Source: the human T2T-CHM13v2.0 reference genome, Homo sapiens. Taken from it: 64,000 nucleotides of DNA. Below the pieces are notes generated by a model. The model ran no database searches. It saw only the letters and a program-made list of their open reading frames with translations, and was not told where the DNA came from. The DNA is taken from assembly GCF_009914755.1 (NCBI RefSeq), contig NC_060931.1; one strand, 5' to 3'. Numbering within the stretch: the stretch's first letter is position 1; every line of letters begins with the position of its first letter. Made by a program: the position numbers and the translations under genes. Below are positions 14,704 through 27,749 of this stretch, one piece after another.

Positions 14704-15859
14704 TAGTCAATTCTGCTGCAACATGACATAAGTGTTCTTAAAATTCACCAGGCTATGCAGAATCACACAAGAAAAACAGGGCTCATGGGAAAAACAAAGT
14801 TAGGGCACAGCAATCCAAAACTTCACTAGTGACACATTTAGAAAAAAAAAAAAAAAATGACAGGAACCTGGTAAAAATATGACAAATGATTACACATGAT
14901 GAAGGGTTAAAAATATATAGAAATATCATAATAAATAGGGTGCTTTACCTTGAAAGGAACTTAAAAATCTGCTCGAGGGAATGGGAAGGGTTACAGTTTG
15001 TGAGGTTACTGTGAAGTGGTGCAAATAGTACCAGCACACAGCCACTCTCCTTTTAGGGAAAGATTAGGCTGCTAGTCTGAAAGCAGATGCTGGAGTGTGC
15101 AATAAGGAAAACTCGCACTGTGCTCATTGTGGTGGGGTCCCACATAGAGGCCTGGATGTGCTCGCCCTGCAGCTTGGAAACGTCCAGGCAGTTGTCAAGG
15201 GCTGGTGGAGAGACCCAGTGGGACCCTTTGCATGAGAAGGAAGCTACAGAGATATACACAAACTTGACCCAGAGACAAGAAGTCCCTGTCAAAGGAGAGA
15301 AAAGATGTTAGTGGAGAAGAATGAGCATGATCAGGATGTTTTGTCTTCTTTTTCTCCAAGGGAAAACCCTGGGGAAAGGAGGGATGAAAATATTTCTTTC
15401 TTCCCTTCCTTCCTTTCTTTCTTACTGTGGTGCATGGTACAGAATGTCACAGAAGGCTGGTGTGGCAGCAGGGAGGGGGCCAGGACACCTCATATGATGA
15501 GAAGGCCAGATCAGCCTACACCAGAGAACATCCAAGAGGGTGCTCCAGAGGAGGAAATGGAGTCATGGCATCCGTAGTTCCCATTCACCATTCTGGAAAT
15601 GGGCAGAGTTGTAATATGAGATGTTGATGTGTATAGCTCATAATTTACACAGTGAACCAAAGTAGTTGGTAGATATTTGAGATGTTTGTGTGGTTGCATA
15701 GTCCCACACAGCTCACTTCAGCTAGGTGCATTTTCTGCATTTGCCTAGTGTTTCTCCTGGACAACATCATGCATATTATACTCAAATTATTCTCTAATAT
15801 ATCAATTGCATTGGAACAAATTCGCATTTTTAAAACATGTGATATTCCAGAACTGACTG
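14704..15859 (+). mobile_element. Tigger8-like TcMar DNA transposon, interrupted at ~15021-15590
   Basis: Terminal inverted repeats 'tagtcaattctgctgcaacatg' and 'catgtgatattccagaactgactg|TA'. The internal sequence on either side of the interruption is contiguous with the remembered Tigger8 consensus. Confidence 0.75.
15045..15585. repeat. Right (derived) arm of ~550-bp long inverted repeat
   Basis: Inverted copy of 14007-14565 lying inside the Tigger8-like element. Confidence 0.95.
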
Positions 15860-17074
15860 TACCATCCATCAGGCTTTGGCCAAAGTACTTGCCCTCACTC
15901 ATCTTTTTAAATAAGGACATTCCCCATCTTCCACCCCTCACCTCCGATCACATCTGTACAGTCATGGGATACAATTTTGAAAGATCATTTGAAAATAGGA
16001 AGCACCTATTTTTGAAAATGTTTTTCATATTTTACCAGAACTAATATTGCCATTAAATTTCTTCCAAATAACACAAGGAAGGACCATTGGCTCACAGTCT
16101 ATGTCTTTGAGACACACAACTTTCCCGGCTTATATGCCCTGCTTGGTTTTCTGAAGACTGACCCTGCTTTTGCTCAGGTATGTGGTCTGTTTTTGCCATC
16201 TGGCCTCACTTTCTGCCTAAAAGAACTAGTTATAAACTTGAAAAATATAAGAAAATCTCCACATAATCTGGGAGTTGGTGATTTCTCTTTAATAGGTTAT
16301 CCTCTGTGCCCTAATTAGAAAAAAGTGCCTCATTTGGATGGAAACCTTGTGGCAGGGTGACACAGCCTGGTCAATTGTGCATGGTTGTGGTGACTCCAGC
16401 TTGGGCTGAGCTGGGCGCGTGTACTTTGGTTCCGTGGCATTGAATGTTGGACCTGGAGACTCCCCAACAATGAGAGAGGAGCACACGAGGACAGGGAATG
16501 AAAACCTGTCCTGAGGCCCTTTACAGATGTGAGCAGGAGATGCCCCTACAGACATTGTTTGAGGGTTACCCAGGTGGGATCCTGTGTCATAAGCTGAGTC
16601 ACAGTCCAGGCAAGGGAGGTGGGAACAAATGCCAGCCCTGGCAGCCAGGCAGAGAGGTCAGGGCCGGGCAACCACGTCACCATGCAGCATGTCCTCAGGT
16701 AGCTGCAGTGTCCTCTGGCCTTTGTTCTCTGGGCCTGAGTGGGTGTCCCTTCTCCGCCTTTCTGTGTAGGGGCCTGAGGCTGTGGTAGGCTTTTGGGCAG
16801 AGCGAGAACTGCTTAGATTCTGGGAGGGGATGCACCCTATACCAACCAGGGAAGATTTTATGAGCAGGGAAGCTTGGGAGGTCCTGACCAAGGACAGTGA
16901 TTTTCAGAATTCTTTTTAGCCGTGGAACTTTTCCAAGAAGGAAACATTTGCAGAACCCAGGCTGCACCAGGTAAAGCAGGGAAGGGGCTGCAGCCCCACC
17001 CCCACCTCCAGCTCTTTCTCTTCTCCCTCCTCAAGATAGAGATTCCTATGGTCACAGAAAAGAATTTGAAAACC

Positions 17075-17205
17075 ACTGATTCAGTCCAATGTCCCCATTT
17101 TCCAGATGAGAAAGCTGAGGCCCAGAGAGGTTAAAGTGCCCTGCCAGTGATCACACAGTAGGAAGTGACAGGGCCACTTTGTAAGCCAGAAGCCCTCAGG
17201 TTTGC
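17075..17205 (-). mobile_element. MIR SINE
   Basis: 'ccccattttccagatgagaaagctgaggcccagagaggttaaagtgccctgcc...atcacacag'. Confidence 0.7.
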
Positions 17206-17414
17206 CTTTCAGTCTAAAGCCAGGAAGACGTTTACAAAGCTGGAGAACCAGGTAGCGGAGAAAGGAAATGCTGGCTCTGAGCTGTGCCTAGGATTTGAGC
17301 TCAGGGTTTTCTCCTCTCTGCACCCCACTAGATTCATAGCACAGCTGCCACATGAACCTGGAAAGCAGTGCAGATGTCAGAACAAAATCTCCAAGAGGCT
17401 TCAGACAACACCTG

Positions 17415-18779
17415 GGCCATGGGATGAATGTTAGTGCCCCTGCCCCATATTCACACATTGAAACCCTAACCCCGAATGTGATGGTATTAGGAGGTGGGGC
17501 CTTTGGGAGGGTAGAGCCCTCTTGAACAGGATTAGTGCCCTTATGAAAGGGATCCCAGAATGTAATTAAACTAAAGAGCTTCTGCACAGCAAAATAAACT
17601 GTCATCAGAGTGAATAGGTAACCTACAGAATGGGAGAAAATTTTTGCAATCTATCTATCTGACAAAGGGCTAATATCCAGAATCTACAAAGAACTTAAAG
17701 AAATTTACAAGAAAAAAACAAACAACCCCATCAAAAATTGGGTGAAGGATATGAACAGACACTTCTAAAAAAAAGACATTTATGCAGCCAACAGACATAT
17801 GAAAAAATCTCATCATTACTGGTCATTAGAGAAATGCAAATCAAAACCACAATGAGATACCATCTCACGTCAGTTAGAATGGCGATCCTTAAAAAGTCAG
17901 GAAACAACAGATGCTAGAGAGGATGTGGAGAAATAGGAATGCTTTTACACTGTTGGTGGGAGTGTAAATTAGTTCAACCATTGTGGAAGGCAATGTGGCA
18001 ATTCCTCAAGGATCTAGAACTAGAAATACCATTTGACCCAGCAATCCCATTACTGGGTATATACCCAAAGGATTATAAATCATTCTACTATAAAGACACA
18101 TGCATACATATGTTTATTGCAGCACTATTCACAATAGCAAAGACTTGGAACCAACCCAAATGTTCATCAATGATACACTGGATAAAGAAAATGTGTCACA
18201 TATACATCATGGAATACTATGCAGCCATAAAAAAAGGATGAGTTCATGTCCTTTGCAGGGACATGGATGAAGCTGGAAACCATCATTCTCAGCAAACTAA
18301 CACAAGAACAGAAAACCAACCACATGTTCTCACTCATAAGTGGGAGTTGAACGATGAGAACACATGGACAGAGGGAGGGGAACATCACACACCAGGGCCT
18401 GTTGGGGGGTAAGGGGCTAGGGGAGGGATAGCATTAGAAGAAATACCTAATGTAGGTGACGGGTTGACGGGTTGAGCAAACCACCATGGCATGTCTATAC
18501 CTATGTAACAAACCTGCACATTCTGCACATATACCCCAGAACTTAAAGTATACATAAAAGGGATCCCAGAGAGCTCTCTTGCTCTTTTTGCCCCCCAAAT
18601 GAGGTTACACAGAGAAGTTGGCAGTCTGCAACCCAAAGAGGGCCCTTGCCAGAACCCAACCTGGCTGGCACCCTAATGTCTAACTTCCAGCCCCCAGAAC
18701 TCTAAAAAAGAGGTTTCCGCTGTTTCTAAGCCACCCAGTCTATGGTGCTTGGTTAGAGCAGCCCAAACGCACTGAGACA
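17415..18779 (+). mobile_element. MLT1A/MLT1A0 MaLR solo LTR, split by an L1 insertion
   Basis: 5' half 'aaaccctaaccccgaatgtgatggtattaggaggtggggcctttgggagg'; 3' half 'taagccacccagtctatggt...agcagcccaaacgcactgagaca'. Confidence 0.8.
17560..18556 (+). mobile_element. 5'-truncated L1PA7/8-like LINE-1 (ORF2 C-terminus + 3'UTR)
   Basis: ORF 17939..18241 encodes LLHCWWECKLVQPLWK...PFDPAIPLLGIYPK (L1 ORF2 CCHC region). Perfect 14-bp TSD aaagggatcccaga at 17546-17559 and 18557-18570. Confidence 0.95.
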
Positions 18780-19407
18780 CCCAGGGACCTTCCCTGAGTG
18801 AGAAAAGCATCAGTTCCATGCTGAAGCAGCAATTAAGCACAGGGTGGCAGTGAATGACTTTGAACTGAAACCACCCCGTCTCACTTGCCTGTTGAGAGTT
18901 GGAATAAGTGTTTTGAAAGAAGCAGAAGGTGACAGGATTTGCTTCCATTTTCCAAGCCATTTCACTTTCAGGGAGAAGTCACTCGGAGCCAGAGCTTGGT
19001 TTACTTGTGCAGATTTGTAGCCCAGTGGAGGCTCTATCTGTTTGTCAAATCTTCCAGGCCTCTTTGCAAGTGGTGGCCAGTGACAAAGGTGGGTCACAGT
19101 GAGGCACCTGAGAATTACTCTGCAGTTGCGGACCCAGGAACTGGGAGTGGGGAGCAGAAGACACAGTGAGAAGGGCCACATTCTTTTCCCTTCCACTACG
19201 GTTATTTATTTTTTCTTTTAGAGGGGAGAAATCAGATAACAAAATCCAGTCTCCTGGACAGGAGAGAATGAAAAAAACAGAGAAAGAGGTAGAGGAGGAG
19301 GAAGAGAGAGAAGAAGAGGGGAAGAGAGAGAAAGATGAGGGATCAGGGTAGGGAGAAAGAAGAAAGAAAGAGAAAAAGAATTTTCTTTTCCCATGCCACA
19401 AAGGAAG

Positions 19408-19445
19408 ACATGAACATGAACATGAACATGAACATGAACATGAAC
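19408..19445. repeat. (ACATGA)6 hexanucleotide microsatellite
   Basis: Perfect tandem repeat visible directly in the sequence. Confidence 0.95.
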
Positions 19446-20606
19446 TGGACAATGTGTATTTTAGTATTTAACAAAAGGGATTGTATTCCTTTAGTTTCAG
19501 GGATAACAAGTCTATTTTTGTAATGGGAAACCCCATTGATCCCCATAGGCCACCAACCCTATCCTTTACCATGCTACCTCTCTCCCATCTATGACTATGC
19601 CTCACATGAACAGGTCAAGGGCAGCTGGAGACCTTGGATGATGAGGCACAAACCAGATCTCCTGAGAACAGCCGCAGCCCACAGGTCTGGTTCACTCCTT
19701 GGGGCAAAGCTTCCCAAGGGAGGAGAGGACATGGTTTCTACCAGGAGCTGACTGCATGCTCTAGCTTGAGTTCTGAGCTGCATGATCGTCCTCCGTGTGG
19801 ATCTTGTGGCACTGGGGCCTTTCAAACCACCCCTACTCTGGAAATCACTCAGTGAAGGCATTCAAGAGGAATAAAGGAGGCTACACAGAACCCAGGGTGT
19901 GTTCATGTCTCTACCCATGATTTTTTCAGTGACAGGTCAATGAAAACTCATTTTAAATGGCCTTAAACAAAACAAACCAAAAGTGACACGGGCATTCTCT
20001 GAAGACATTAGGTTGAGGGCAACTTGTTACACAGAAAATCTAACAGAACCATGCCCACCTCAGAGCGTGGCTGGGAGGATCTCTTGAGACACATGCATGA
20101 CGTGTTCGGTGATGGGCTGAATGTGGTAAGAGCCCAACTAATATCAGCTATAAGTATTCACGTTCCTCTAACATAGCTATTTTATGTAATCTCTAACCTG
20201 AGAAGGTATGATTTTCTGCATTTCGAGAGGTATGCCATTTAGAATGTAGGTCACAAATCAATCAAATTAAAACACACGCGCGTCCTCCCATCTCCCTTCC
20301 TTTGGAAGCCTGACAACAAACTGCTTGATATATGCTATTTGGAACCAGATGAAGTGCTCACAATGCAATCTACAAGTGTGATGCCAGCAGAATCTGCGTT
20401 TTTGATGAAGAGCCATCATCACTTGGCTATTCCTGTCTTCAAAATAAATAAAGTTTATAAAATAAATAAAGAAAGAAAAGATGTGGGGCCAAAACTTAAC
20501 AGAAAGGACTATCAATGCCATCACATTTAAAAAATGTATTCGAGGTTAAATATTGTACTTTGTCTCTATCAGCTCTTTCCACACGACCCAACCCCTTAGC
20601 CCAGCA

Positions 20607-22948
20607 TAGACACACCTCATTTTTTTGCACTTCGCAGATACTGAGTTTTTTACAAATTGAAGGTCTGTGGCAACCCTGTGTTGAGCAAGTCTATCGGCAC
20701 CCCTTTTCCAACAGGATTGCTCACTTCCTGTCTCTGTCACATTTTGATAATTCTCACAATATTGAAATGTTAATCATTATTATATCTGCTATGATTGTGA
20801 CCAGTGATCCTTGATGTTACTATTATAATTATTTTGGGGCACCACAAACCACATCCATTTCAGAAGGCAAACTTAATAAATGCTGTGTGTGTTCTGACTG
20901 CTTCCCCCTTCTCTCTTTCTCTCCTGGGGCCTCCCTATTTCCTGAGACACAACAATATTGAAATTAGGCCAATTCATAACCCTACAAAGGTCTCTGAGCA
21001 CTCACATGAAAGGAAGAATCGCATGTCTCCCACTTTGAATGAAAAGCTAGCAATGAGGAAGGCATATTGAAAACCAAGATAGGCCTAAAGTTAGGCCTCT
21101 TGTGCCAGACAGCCAAGTGGTGAATGCAAAGAAAAAGTTCTTGAAGAGAATTAAAAGTGCTACTCCAGTGAACGCACGAATGATAAGAAAGCAAAACAGC
21201 CTTATTGGTGATACGGAGAAAGTTTCAGTGGTCTGGATAGAAGATCAAACCAGCCACAACATTCCCTTAAGCCAAAGTCTAATCCAGAGCAAGACTCTAA
21301 CTTTCTTCAATTCTATGAAGACTGGAAGAAGTAAATAAGCTGCAGAAGAAAAGTTGGAAGCTAACAGATGTTGGTTCACAAGTTTAAGGAAAGATGCCAT
21401 CTCCATAAAAGAGTGCAAGGTGAAGTAGCAAATGCTGACAGAGAAGCTGCAATAAGTTATCCAGAAAATCTAGCTAACACTGTTGATGAAGGTGAATACA
21501 CTAAACGACAGATTTTCAATGTAGATAAAGCATCTTCATATTGGAAGAAGATGCTATCTAGGACTTTCCTAGCTAGAGAGAAGTCAATGCCTGGCTTCAA
21601 AGCTTCAAAGGACAGGCTGACTCTTATTAGGGTCTAATGTGGCTGGTGACTGTAAGTTAAAGCCCGCACTCATTTATCATTCTGAAAATCCTACGGCCCT
21701 TAAGAGTATGCTAAATCTACTCTGCCTGTCCTCTGTAAGTGGAACAATACAGGCTAGATAATAGTACATTGGTTCACAGCATGGTTTACTGAATATTTTA
21801 AGCCACAGTTGGGACCTACTGCTTAGAAAAAAAGATTCCTTTGAAAACATTACAGCTCATTGACACTGCACCTGGTCACCCAAGAACTCTAATGGAGATG
21901 TACAAGGAGATGAAAGTTGTTTTCATGTCTGCTAATATAGCACCCATTCTGTAGCCCATGGACCAAAGATTCATTTTGATTTTCAACTCATAGTATTTAA
22001 GACATGCATGTTTTAAAGCTATAGCTGCCTTAGATTGTGATTCCTCTGATGGGTCTGGGCAAAATAAATTGAAAACCTTCTGGAAAGGAGTCACCATTCT
22101 AGATGCCATTAAGAACATTTGTGATTTATGGGAGAAAGTCAAAATATAAACATTAACAGGAGTTTGGGGGAAGCTGCTTCCAACTCTCCTGGATGATTTT
22201 GAAGGGTTTAAGACATCAATGGAGGAAGGAACTGCAGATGTGATGGAAATAACAAGAGAACTAGAGACAAAAGGGAGCTTGAAGATGTGACTGAATTGCT
22301 GCAGTCTCAGGATAAAACTTGAATAGACAAGGAGTTGCTTCATATGGATGAGCAAACAAAGTAGTTTCTTAAGATGGAATCTATTCCTGGTGAGGATGCT
22401 GTGAACACTGTTGAAATTACAACAAAGATTTGGAATATTCCCAAAACTGAGTTGATAAAACAGCAGCAATGTTTGAGAAGACTGACTACAATTTTGAAAG
22501 AAGTTCTGCTATGGGTAAAATGCTATCAAATGGTATCCCATACTGTGAAAAATCTTTTATAAAAGGAAGAGTCAATCCCTGGGGCCAACTTCATTGTCTC
22601 ATTTTAAGTAATGTCCCCCATAGACCGCAGCCTTTAGCAACCACCACTGTGATCAGTCAGTAGCTAGCAATACTTAGGCAAGAACTTCCACCAGCTAAAA
22701 GATTATAATTTGCTAAAGGCTCAGATGATCATTAGCATTTTTTAGCAATAAAATAAGTATTTTTAAATTAAGGTATGTACATTGGCTTTTTTAAAAAAAA
22801 TGCTATTGCACACTTAGACTACAGAATAGTATAAACATAACTTATATGCACTGGAAAACCAAAAAGCTTGGGTGACTCACTTTATTGTGATAATCACTTT
22901 ATTACAGTGGTCTGGAATCAAACCCACAATATCTCCAACATATGCCTG
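20607..22948 (+). mobile_element. Near-full-length Tigger1 (pogo/TcMar) DNA transposon with a disrupted transposase
   Basis: Ends 'tagacacacctc...' and '...aatatctccaacatatgcctg|TA'. ORF fragments [39 protein letters not shown] and [33 protein letters not shown] match Tigger1/TIGD1-type transposase, with multiple stops and frameshifts. Confidence 0.95.
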
Positions 22949-23448
22949 TAATAGTCTAGTCTGTGTAAGTTATAAAATAATAGGCTTTTCCAGGATAATA
23001 CAGCAGAGAAAATTTGCTAAAGGTCGCAATCTGCTAATCAACCAAAGACAAGCTGTGGCACTCTGAGTTTCATTAGACAAATTGCTTCTCCTCTCCCATA
23101 GTATTAATTGGAAATTAAATGTGGCTTTTTCAGACACTTACACAAAGTTTAAAAGTTTTAAATTATTGGCTCTATTTTCAGTCCTATGCACATAAATTTA
23201 TACATATAATGAATACTGCTTAAATTGGAATGGACTCAAAAACTACGCTTCTGTTTCAAGATCTCCTATTATTTAGTAATGCAGTTTAATTTAACACATT
23301 TATTGAATATCCAAGTTGTGCTAGATGCCAAAATATTGCCCATGAAATTATCCCAGTTTTCCAATAAATTAAACTGAAAATCTATTTAAAATCCAAGGCA
23401 ATAATTCATGCTAGGTTGCAATGCTCATGCAATTTAGGAAAAGGTATT

Positions 23449-23556
23449 TTCTAAGATTTTTAAACTGTTAAACATTTTAAATATTTCAATAAATGTGTGT
23501 TATTCTAAGATTTTTAAACTGTTAAACATTTTAAATATTTCAATAAATGTGTGTTA
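23449..23556. repeat. Perfect 54-bp tandem duplication
   Basis: ttctaagatttttaaactgttaaacattttaaatatttcaataaatgtgtgtta x2 (23449-23502, 23503-23556). Confidence 0.95.
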
Positions 23557-23685
23557 AAGGAATGAATGACTGTTACAGTTAATGTTCATTAGTTGACTAA
23601 AGCTGATTAAAGCATAGACTGTGGACACCTCTATTAACAAAGCTACTGAAGTTTAGCTTATCATTGTCATCTGAATTGTGGATAG

Positions 23686-24066
<381 letters not shown>

Positions 24067-26049
24067 TCATTTTTCTAAGAGCCCTGAAGAAAGCAATGAA
24101 GTAACTCAATCGTTAGTTTGAGAGCAGAAATATCAACACTTCTATAAGGTATTCACTTCTTGGTCACAATGGACACACAGTGTCATCGGATATTCAGTAA
24201 TTAGACTGAGATGAAAAATATACATGATTCAAAGCTGCCATGTAAAATAGAAATCATTAGTTGCTAAAATTGCTATAACAGGCTTTTTAAAATAAAAGAT
24301 AGAGAGTTGCTGGAAAATTCTGGACTTTGAGGCTTTCTGTTCTGTGCCAACAACTGAGGGGTAGCTTGAGGGTACTTTAACCCAGAGGCTGCTGTGTGGA
24401 TCCACTGGCAGGTAAAGAAGGGGACTCTTCCACACACCCTCTCCCATGTCATCACACTGGCCATGCTGCTGGACCAAGCAGCACATGCCATGAAGAATGA
24501 AGTCAGCCTGTCCCCATCTGCCCCTCCCCAGTTTCTCCCCTTCATTATGTGAAAGTGAAGCATAATGCAAATCTATGGTGGAAGAATGCCCTCTCTCCTT
24601 TGTTTCAGAGCAATTGTTTTCCATGCAACATCTTGAGCATCTCGGGCTTTAAATAAATGGAATAGAAGCATTAACAATGATGTCTCTCTAACAGGTGTTG
24701 GTACTGCCTGTGGCTTCCTATATCTGAGTCCATGTGTCCCTGTACCCCTCTATCACCTGTCACAATTCTCCCAAATTTCCTCGGGCTTCTTAGCTCCTTG
24801 GTGGTCTGTTTTGATATCTGCTTACCCTTATCTTGAATCATTTTAGCTGATAGGCATTTCCTTGAAAAAGTTGGGTAACAGATTTTTTTTTAAACTCCTC
24901 TAACAACTACCAAGTACTCAGGGAGTTATCTTGGTGGCTTGTGAGAGTGACAGTCCAAGACTTGCAGAAAGAAGACAGTGATGTCTATATGTTCCCACGC
25001 TTGATCATCTCCTGCACTGAACAGCATGGGGTCTTTAAACTTTTAAGTTTCAGCTACAATGAATCCATTACAAAGGAAAACACACTCTGCTATCTGAGAT
25101 ATCTGTATTTAAACCTATTTCTGCCCCCTAATACAGTATGACTTTTTAGAAGAAATCACTCTCTCATGGGTGAAACAGGGACCACCACCAACCTCACAGG
25201 TTGCTTTAAAAAGAGAGATAAGGTTTATGAGTATGTCCTACCCCTCACCTGGCACGTGATCGGTCCTCCATGAGCACTGAGTCTCTTCCCACTTCTCCTT
25301 TCTCCTGGGAAGGAGTGAGAAATGGTCAGGCATGCTCAATCATGGACCTGTCAGTGCTGTTCAATGGCTCTATCTTGAGGGGCTCTTTCCTGATAGTTTC
25401 CTTTCATCTTCCTCCATCCATCCTCCTGCGACACAGCACTCTGTCACTGTGTCTTCACTCCCACACCTTAGCTCAGGCGCACACACACATCCACAACTCT
25501 GACCTCTTCCCAGGGATGTCTCTTCAAGGGTCCCTGCAGAAGAAGAATCCCAAATCATCCCCTCAAGCCCTTCTTAACACTGTCCAGAGAAGAACAAAGT
25601 AAAAACAAACACCAAGCCTCCCACGCAGATGGAAGCATTCAGTCTATGTTTGCGGATATTAATTTAAACCAAGAAACAATCTAACAGAAGAAAGATAGAG
25701 AGGATCTCTCAATTCAGATAAACCTTTAGAATTCTGGGAAAGGGAATTTGAAAAAAAAAAAGAAAAGAAAGAAATACTAGAAGCAGGAGATACTACTCAT
25801 ACTGTTAGATAAGAAAAATGAAGTGGATTAGATAAAAGTTCCCTTAGAAAAGGTGATGTTAGAGAAGCTGATCATTTTTTCATCTTGATGCCTTTTCTGG
25901 AAATTTGCATCTTGAAAATGAGGAGGACCAGTTCCAGAAAATACGGTCCCTCATTTGATGTCCTTTCAGAAAAGTGGAAATTAAGTTCTGGGGTAATGAG
26001 AATTGCCTGGCTAATGGCTAGTGAATGCTTATAACGTTAGAATGTGAAA

Positions 26050-26245
26050 GACTCTCCTCTAAGTGTTGTATGTGTATGTGCTTCATCTTCTTTCATTCCC
26101 ACAATAACTCCATGAGGATAGTCCTATATTAGCCCTGTTTTACAGATGAGGAAACTGAGGCACAGAGAGGCCCAATAACTTGCTCTAGTTCACATGAGCT
26201 GTAAATAGTGGTGCTAGGATTTGAAGTGAGGATCCAGGCTACTAC
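26050..26245 (-). mobile_element. MIR SINE
   Basis: 'ttttacagatgaggaaactgaggcacagagagg...aataacttgc...gtggtgctaggatttgaa'. Confidence 0.8.
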
Positions 26246-26821
26246 ATACAGTGACTTGGGGTGTGCCCTCTGCCACTTCTCTGGGTGCCCATTCTTCCAC
26301 TGAGCCACGCAGCCCCCCTCAAAGATGGTGCATCTGGCTCTCGCTGCCACATTGCTGTGAAGAAGCAAGAGTCAATGGCATCATAGGAAAGCAAATGAAG
26401 CAAAGACTTTCTACTTTCTGCTGGGCCCCAGCTGTTTGGAGAAGGAAAAAAAAATATCAGGATGTGGAGATCATCGAGGCTGACTGCTTACTTGAAAAGT
26501 GTGATGTTGTTGTGGAATGCTCTCTGTGGTCACAGAATTGAGATAACACTTGGAAAAAGAAACACGAAAAGCTCCTTATTGAAAAACATACAGCTCCTTT
26601 CTTCATTGCTGTTGAGCTCTACCAAAGAGAGCTGGAAATAAATGAAAACTAACTGAGGAAAGATTGGGGGCAAGGTATTAAAAATTGCATCAAATACATA
26701 ACTGAACCCCAAACTGCTAAAGTTAAGTATGAGTGTAAAACCAGGTTTAAAATAATCCTGGTATCACATAGGATTTGACAAATTCCCCAAAGCTGGCCAA
26801 ATAATTTCAAAAATGCTAATT

Positions 26822-27740
26822 GAGTTCAGCAACATTTATTGATTACTATGCATTGGAGTGTTGTACTTGGTACTGAGAAGATGAAGACAGGTGAGTTACA
26901 CATTCTTTTCTCAAGCAAGTAGGACAGAGAACGATCAACAAGCCAAAAAATACCAGGGATGGTGCATTTAGTTACGAATATGCAAAACAAGAACAAAATA
27001 AAAAAAAAAGCAGAAATAAGTTCAAAGAAGCAGTTAAGGAAGTGAATTATTTTGTCTATAGTCAAGAAAATCTTCCCAAGACCTCAGTCAGATTCCAAAG
27101 GATGAGTAGGTGTTTTCTAGACAGTCAAATGGTAGAGATTGCACTGGAGAAGAGAACTGTAGAGAAAAAAAACACGATGTGCAAATCCACAGAGGTCTGA
27201 AATAGCGTGGTGCCAAAGGAAGACAATGAACAGTTTGGGTTTGCTGGAGGAGAGAGTGGGAAAGGGAATGGTGCCGGGAGAGACGAGACGTGGGAATGGA
27301 TTTGAGGAGGTAAAACTTGGAAGCAGAGAAGTTGGTTGGGGACTACTGTAGATTAAGCAAAAGATAAGGAAATGTTAGACTAAGCTGGTCTCTGTGCTGA
27401 TGAGAAGCAAGAACAGATTTGAAGGACAATTAGGAGCTAAAATTGATGGGAGTTGGAAAATGCTTGCATGAGTCAGGAAGAAAGGAAGACTCGAGGGTGA
27501 TGTCAGAAGTCTTGTGTGCCTGCCTGGTGACTACGTAGATGGTGCCAAAAAGGTATCTGCAACTACCGTCCACGAAGGTCGAGACATGAGCGGTGGGACT
27601 CGGGTTCAGGTCTGGGAGAAAAGTGCTGAGAACAGATGAGGACTCCAAGTCGAAGGGGCTAGCTTTGCAGCAGACACTCTGAGGTGGGAGCTTCTGACTG
27701 TTCTTTGCCACTAGAACACCTGTGGGAAAATTTGAAATAT
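26822..27740 (-). mobile_element. L2 LINE 3' region (decayed)
   Basis: Begins 'ttcagcaacatttattga' (L2 3' end, reversed), followed by purine-rich L2-like sequence. Confidence 0.55.
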
Positions 27741-27749
27741 GTAGGTCAC

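Noticed and set aside
14057-15577. Paralogous small-protein gene pair suggested by mirrored ORFs
   Set aside because: The ORFs have different starts and stops in the two arms and no recognisable domain. They are a by-product of the inverted duplication.
17211-17251. Mini-exon SKARKTFTKLENQ
   Set aside because: The donor is weak (GTAGCG), it abuts a MIR, and the peptide is not recognisable.
21102-21637. TIGD1-like gene
   Set aside because: The transposase frame is broken by stops and frameshifts and is flanked by Tigger1 termini, so it is a fossil element.
21876-22469. Longest ORF (197 aa, minus strand)
   Set aside because: It is an antisense reading of the Tigger1 transposase region, a common artefact.
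23449-23556. CRISPR-like array
   Set aside because: There are only two abutting units with no spacers, in a eukaryotic context. No repeat-spacer array was seen anywhere in the window.
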